Assembly (NCBI GenBank): GCA_041640455.1
Contig: JBEQAF010000022.1
Span: forward strand, 6,304-28,030
Length of the DNA: 21,727 bases
Source of the DNA: a bacterium
GTDB lineage: Bacteria; CALINM01
Reading direction: 5' to 3'
The notes beneath the pieces are model-generated. The model did not search any database, was not told where the DNA came from, and saw only the letters and a list, made by a program, of their open reading frames with translations. Position 1 is the stretch's first letter; every line of letters begins with the position of its first letter. Both the position numbers and the translations under genes were made by a program. Shown here piece by piece: positions 18,308 to 21,727 of this stretch.

Positions 18308-20391
18308 TGATTGCTTTCCTGTTTTTCTTTATTTGCTTGTTGAATGATCTTTTCGCTTAAATGAGTTGGCACCTCTTCGTAATGGGAGAACCTGACCGTA
18401 AACATAGCCCTGCCACTGGTTAGAGATTTTAAGTCGTTTGCGTATTTAAGAATCTCAGACATGGGAACCTTCGCCCTTATAATCTGATTATTTGCCTTTG
18501 GCTCCACACCAACCACATGCCCTCTTTTACTGTTAATATCTCCTATAACATCCCCCATAAACTCATCGGGACAGATGACTTCAAGATTCATTATGGGTTC
18601 AAGCAATACAGGATTTGCCATCTGGGCTGCTTTTTTAAATGCCAGCGAACCGGCAATTTTAAATGCCATTTCTGATGAATCAACGGGATGAAAGGAGCCG
18701 TCATAAAGGGTAACCTTAACATCCACCACCGGAAATCCAGCAAGAATCCCTTCTGCCATCGCCTCAACAATACCCTTTTCAACAGCTGGAATATACTGTT
18801 TTGGTATTACACCGCCTACTATACGATCTACAAACTCAAAACCAGCGCCTCTTGGTAGCGGCTCAATCTCTATCCAGCAGTCACCATACTGACCTCTTCC
18901 ACCAGACTGCTTTTTATATTTACCCTGAACCTGTGCCCTGCCTTTAATGGTCTCCTTATAAGGCACTTTGGGTGTTTTCAGTTCAACCTCAACCCCATAT
19001 TTTCTCTTAAGTCTTTCCAGTATTACCTCTATATGGGTCTGCCCTGTGCCTGACAATAAAAATTCTTTTGTCTGCTCATTCATAACAAAGCTTACTGTAG
19101 GATCTTCATCTATTATTTTCTGAATGGACTGACTAAGTTTATCTTCATCATTCCTTGTTTTAGGAACTACCGCAAAGGATATGACCGGTTCAGGAATATC
19201 TGGGGCACTATAAACTATAGGATTAGCTTCATCGCATAGTGTATCACCAGTTTTAATATCCTTTGATTTCAGAATTGCCACTATGTCTCCTGCCATAGCC
19301 TGGGGAACGTTTTTAAACTTTTTACCTTCAATGATAGCCAGAGAGCCTATCTTCTCCTTTATCCCCCTTGAAGAGTTAAAGATAGTAGATTCAGAGCTGA
19401 TCTTTCCGGAAAAAACGCGCATGATTGATACCTTGCCAGTAAAAGTATCAACTATGGTTTTAAAAACCAGTGCTGAAAAGGGTGCATCCGGCACACGCTT
19501 TCTGCGCTCTTCCTTCTTAGTTAAAGGGTTGATGCCAACCGTATCTGGTACCTCATCTGCCGACGGGAGTAGCATTGTTACATAATCAAGCAGATGGGAT
19601 ACGCCTATATTTTTATACGCCGAGCCACACAGTACGGGTATAAACTGGTGGGTCTGAGCGCCAAATTTAAGTCCCGCAATAAGCTCTTCCTGAGTTATCT
19701 CTTTTCCTTCAAGATATTTCTCAGTAAGCTCATCATTAACTTCTGCAACTTTTTCAATAAGAAAGTCCCTGAGTCTCTGTACTTCTGATTCCATATCATT
19801 TGGTATGGCTATTTTTTTAAAAGTTCCTGAACCGTTATCATCAAACAAATATGCCTCCATTTTAACTAGGTCAACCAGCCCTTTAAAATCTGCCTCCTTA
19901 CCGATGGGTATCTGAACAGGAACAGGAACAACCTTCAGCTCCTTCTCCATATCATCAACAGCCTTCAGAAAATGAGCTCTCTCTCTGTCCATCTTACTTA
20001 CAAAGGCAATACGGGGAATATGCCATTCTTCCAGTAGCTCCCAGATGGTATGGGTTTCAACCTTCACACCTGAGATGGCGCTTATAATAACAACCGCACC
20101 AGTAGAAGCCTTGAGACAAAACTCGGAATCAATTATAAAGTTTGCATAACCTGGTGTATCAAGAACGTTTATATAACATTTATTCCAATTAAAATGGTTA
20201 AAGGCTGAAGAGATACTTATCTTTCTCGAAATCTCTTCCGGTTCAAAGTCAAAATTTGATGTACCATCATCAACTCTACCTAATTTATCGGTAACTTTGG
20301 CGTTAAACAGCATACAATCTGCCAGCGTGGTCTTTCCTGCGCCTCCATGAGCCACTAAAGCAATATTCCATTTCTTCTCAAAATCTGCCAT
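18304..20391 (-). CDS. fusA: Elongation factor G paralog (EF-G2 / EFG II type)
   Basis: Full five-domain EF-G (EDP, G.G..H.E, KQSGGRGQYG, H.VDSSEMAF, LLEPIM) with variant G-motifs AHGGAGKTT, RKISI, DTPGYANF, SKMD; not in an rpsL-rpsG-tuf context. Confidence 0.93.
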   Translation of the reverse strand: MADFEKKWNIALVAHGGAGKTTLADCMLFNAKVTDKLGRVDDGTSNFDFEPEEISRKISISSAFNHFNWNKCYINVLDTPGYANFIIDSEFCLKASTGAVVIISAISGVKVETHTIWELLEEWHIPRIAFVSKMDRERAHFLKAVDDMEKELKVVPVPVQIPIGKEADFKGLVDLVKMEAYLFDDNGSGTFKKIAIPNDMESEVQRLRDFLIEKVAEVNDELTEKYLEGKEITQEELIAGLKFGAQTHQFIPVLCGSAYKNIGVSHLLDYVTMLLPSADEVPDTVGINPLTKKEERRKRVPDAPFSALVFKTIVDTFTGKVSIMRVFSGKISSESTIFNSSRGIKEKIGSLAIIEGKKFKNVPQAMAGDIVAILKSKDIKTGDTLCDEANPIVYSAPDIPEPVISFAVVPKTRNDEDKLSQSIQKIIDEDPTVSFVMNEQTKEFLLSGTGQTHIEVILERLKRKYGVEVELKTPKVPYKETIKGRAQVQGKYKKQSGGRGQYGDCWIEIEPLPRGAGFEFVDRIVGGVIPKQYIPAVEKGIVEAMAEGILAGFPVVDVKVTLYDGSFHPVDSSEMAFKIAGSLAFKKAAQMANPVLLEPIMNLEVICPDEFMGDVIGDINSKRGHVVGVEPKANNQIIRAKVPMSEILKYANDLKSLTSGRAMFTVRFSHYEEVPTHLSEKIIQQANKEKQESNQ

Positions 20392-20417
20392 AAACCCTCC
20401 TTTTAATTATATTATAA

Positions 20418-21191
20418 TCAAGCATCCCTGTTCATATCATAAAGCAGTTTTAGCCCCTGCAAGGTTAGATCTGGCTTTACATCCTGAATATAACTGGTCT
20501 CTTTGGCAATAACATTAGCAAGCCCGCCGGTTGCTATAAAAACTATATTTTTCTCCTTCATCTCACTGGAGATTTTGCCACAAATGGCATCAATCATACC
20601 CGCATAACCAAATATAATGCCTGACTGAATCGCTGAGATGGTGCTCTTGCCAATAACCCTCTCAGGCGTAACCAGCTCAATCTTGGGAAGCTTTGCTGTT
20701 TTTTCTGCCAGTGCTTCCAGTGATATCTCAATCCCTGGAATTATGACCCCTCCAATATACTCACCTTTTCTACTAACACAGTCAAAGGTTGTTGCAGTTC
20801 CAAAGTCAATTACCACAAGCGGTTTTTTATATATTTTATAAGCCGCAACAGCATTAACTATTCTGTCTGCCCCAACCTCTTTGGGGTTGTCATAAAGAAT
20901 GGGCATACCTGTTTTTATGCCGGGACCTATAAAAAAGGGCTCTTTCTGAAAATATTTTCTGCACATAATGCAAAGCGTTAGTGTTAACGGCGGAACCACA
21001 TTGGAGATTGCTATTCCCTCAACCTGATTAACATTAATCCTGAAATGGTTAAAAAAGCTAATAAAAAGCATACCGAGCTCATCAGCTGTTCTGTTCTTTT
21101 CTGTCCTAACTCTAAAGGTGGCAACCAGCTCATCCTTTTTATACAAACCGCAGGCAATATGCGTATTCCCCACATCTATGGCGAAAAACAT
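20418..21191 (-). CDS. coaX: Type III pantothenate kinase
   Basis: IDVGNTH, SNVVP, YDNPKEVGADR, DFGTATT, GG.I.PG, TAKLP, ATGGLA, LTL.GL; SD GGAGG. Confidence 0.97.
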   Translation of the reverse strand: MFFAIDVGNTHIACGLYKKDELVATFRVRTEKNRTADELGMLFISFFNHFRINVNQVEGIAISNVVPPLTLTLCIMCRKYFQKEPFFIGPGIKTGMPILYDNPKEVGADRIVNAVAAYKIYKKPLVVIDFGTATTFDCVSRKGEYIGGVIIPGIEISLEALAEKTAKLPKIELVTPERVIGKSTISAIQSGIIFGYAGMIDAICGKISSEMKEKNIVFIATGGLANVIAKETSYIQDVKPDLTLQGLKLLYDMNRDA

Positions 21192-21727
21192 CTGTCCTCC
21201 TTGGGATTTAACAAAATTTCACCTGCATAGATACACCTTCTTACTCCGTCAATATCAGCTATAAGCGCACCATCATCATTTAGCCCCAAAACCTTTCCCA
21301 GTTCTTTTTCTGTTCCGGTGGTAATATAAAAATCCCTGTCCTTTCCAAAGGCAATATTTTCCCATATATTTTTTGTTTCAGATAATTCTCCACCATTTTT
21401 AATAAAATCATTATATCTGTTCTGAAAATCTCTTAAGATTTCAATAAATAGTTCACGTCTATCTATATTTTTTTTGGTTTCCGAGTATATAGAGCCGGCT
21501 ATATTTTTCAAATCTATCGGGAATTCCCGCCTATGTGTATTTACATTGATCCCAACCCCAAGAATTACATACAATACATCCTGTCCCTCAGAATAAAGCT
21601 CTGAAAGAATTCCGCCAATCTTTCTGCTGGAGATCATAAGGTCATTAGGCCATTTAAGCTGAACGTTAATATCAAAATTTTTCAGCGCCATAGCTATGGA
21701 TACCCCTGCGACTATGGTTAGTCTGGG
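21176..21727 (-). CDS. birA: Biotin-[acetyl-CoA-carboxylase] ligase, 3' part (5' end outside the window)
   Basis: KWPND, RKIGGILSE, GVGINV, C-terminal GLNDDGAL..AGE. The frame stays open upstream of 21691 to the window edge (PRLTIVAGVSIA-MALK). Confidence 0.95.
   Translation of the reverse strand, partial: PRLTIVAGVSIAMALKNFDINVQLKWPNDLMISSRKIGGILSELYSEGQDVLYVILGVGINVNTHRREFPIDLKNIAGSIYSETKKNIDRRELFIEILRDFQNRYNDFIKNGGELSETKNIWENIAFGKDRDFYITTGTEKELGKVLGLNDDGALIADIDGVRRCIYAGEILLNPKEDRCFSP

Overview
A gene-dense, AT-rich bacterial core-genome window. The gene content suggests a deltaproteobacterial/Desulfobacterota-like organism (inference). From left to right it holds: the start of a minus-strand prepilin operon (two genes, the second cut by the window edge and missed by the ORF track), tRNA-Phe(GAA), leuB-holA, a convergent copA + PocR-GAF-GGDEF diguanylate cyclase pair, and transaldolase. 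The rest is a ~14 kb tightly coupled minus-strand run: birA, coaX, EF-G2, an LRV/HEAT-like repeat protein, an MglA-like GTPase with a long acidic tail, a triple-GAF protein with a degenerate GGDEF domain, MOSC, ntrB, ntrC, mtnA, metK and ahcY. I saw no mobile element, CRISPR array or riboswitch. The best candidates for novelty are: (1) the translationally coupled EF-G2/repeat protein/MglA-like GTPase/dead-GGDEF module with no adjacent MglB; (2) a LeuB with isopropylmalate-type substrate residues but the NADP-type Lys-Tyr coenzyme signature of isocitrate dehydrogenase; (3) a Cys-bearing PocR diguanylate cyclase coupled to the copper ATPase. All calls come from reading motifs by eye; no searches were run.
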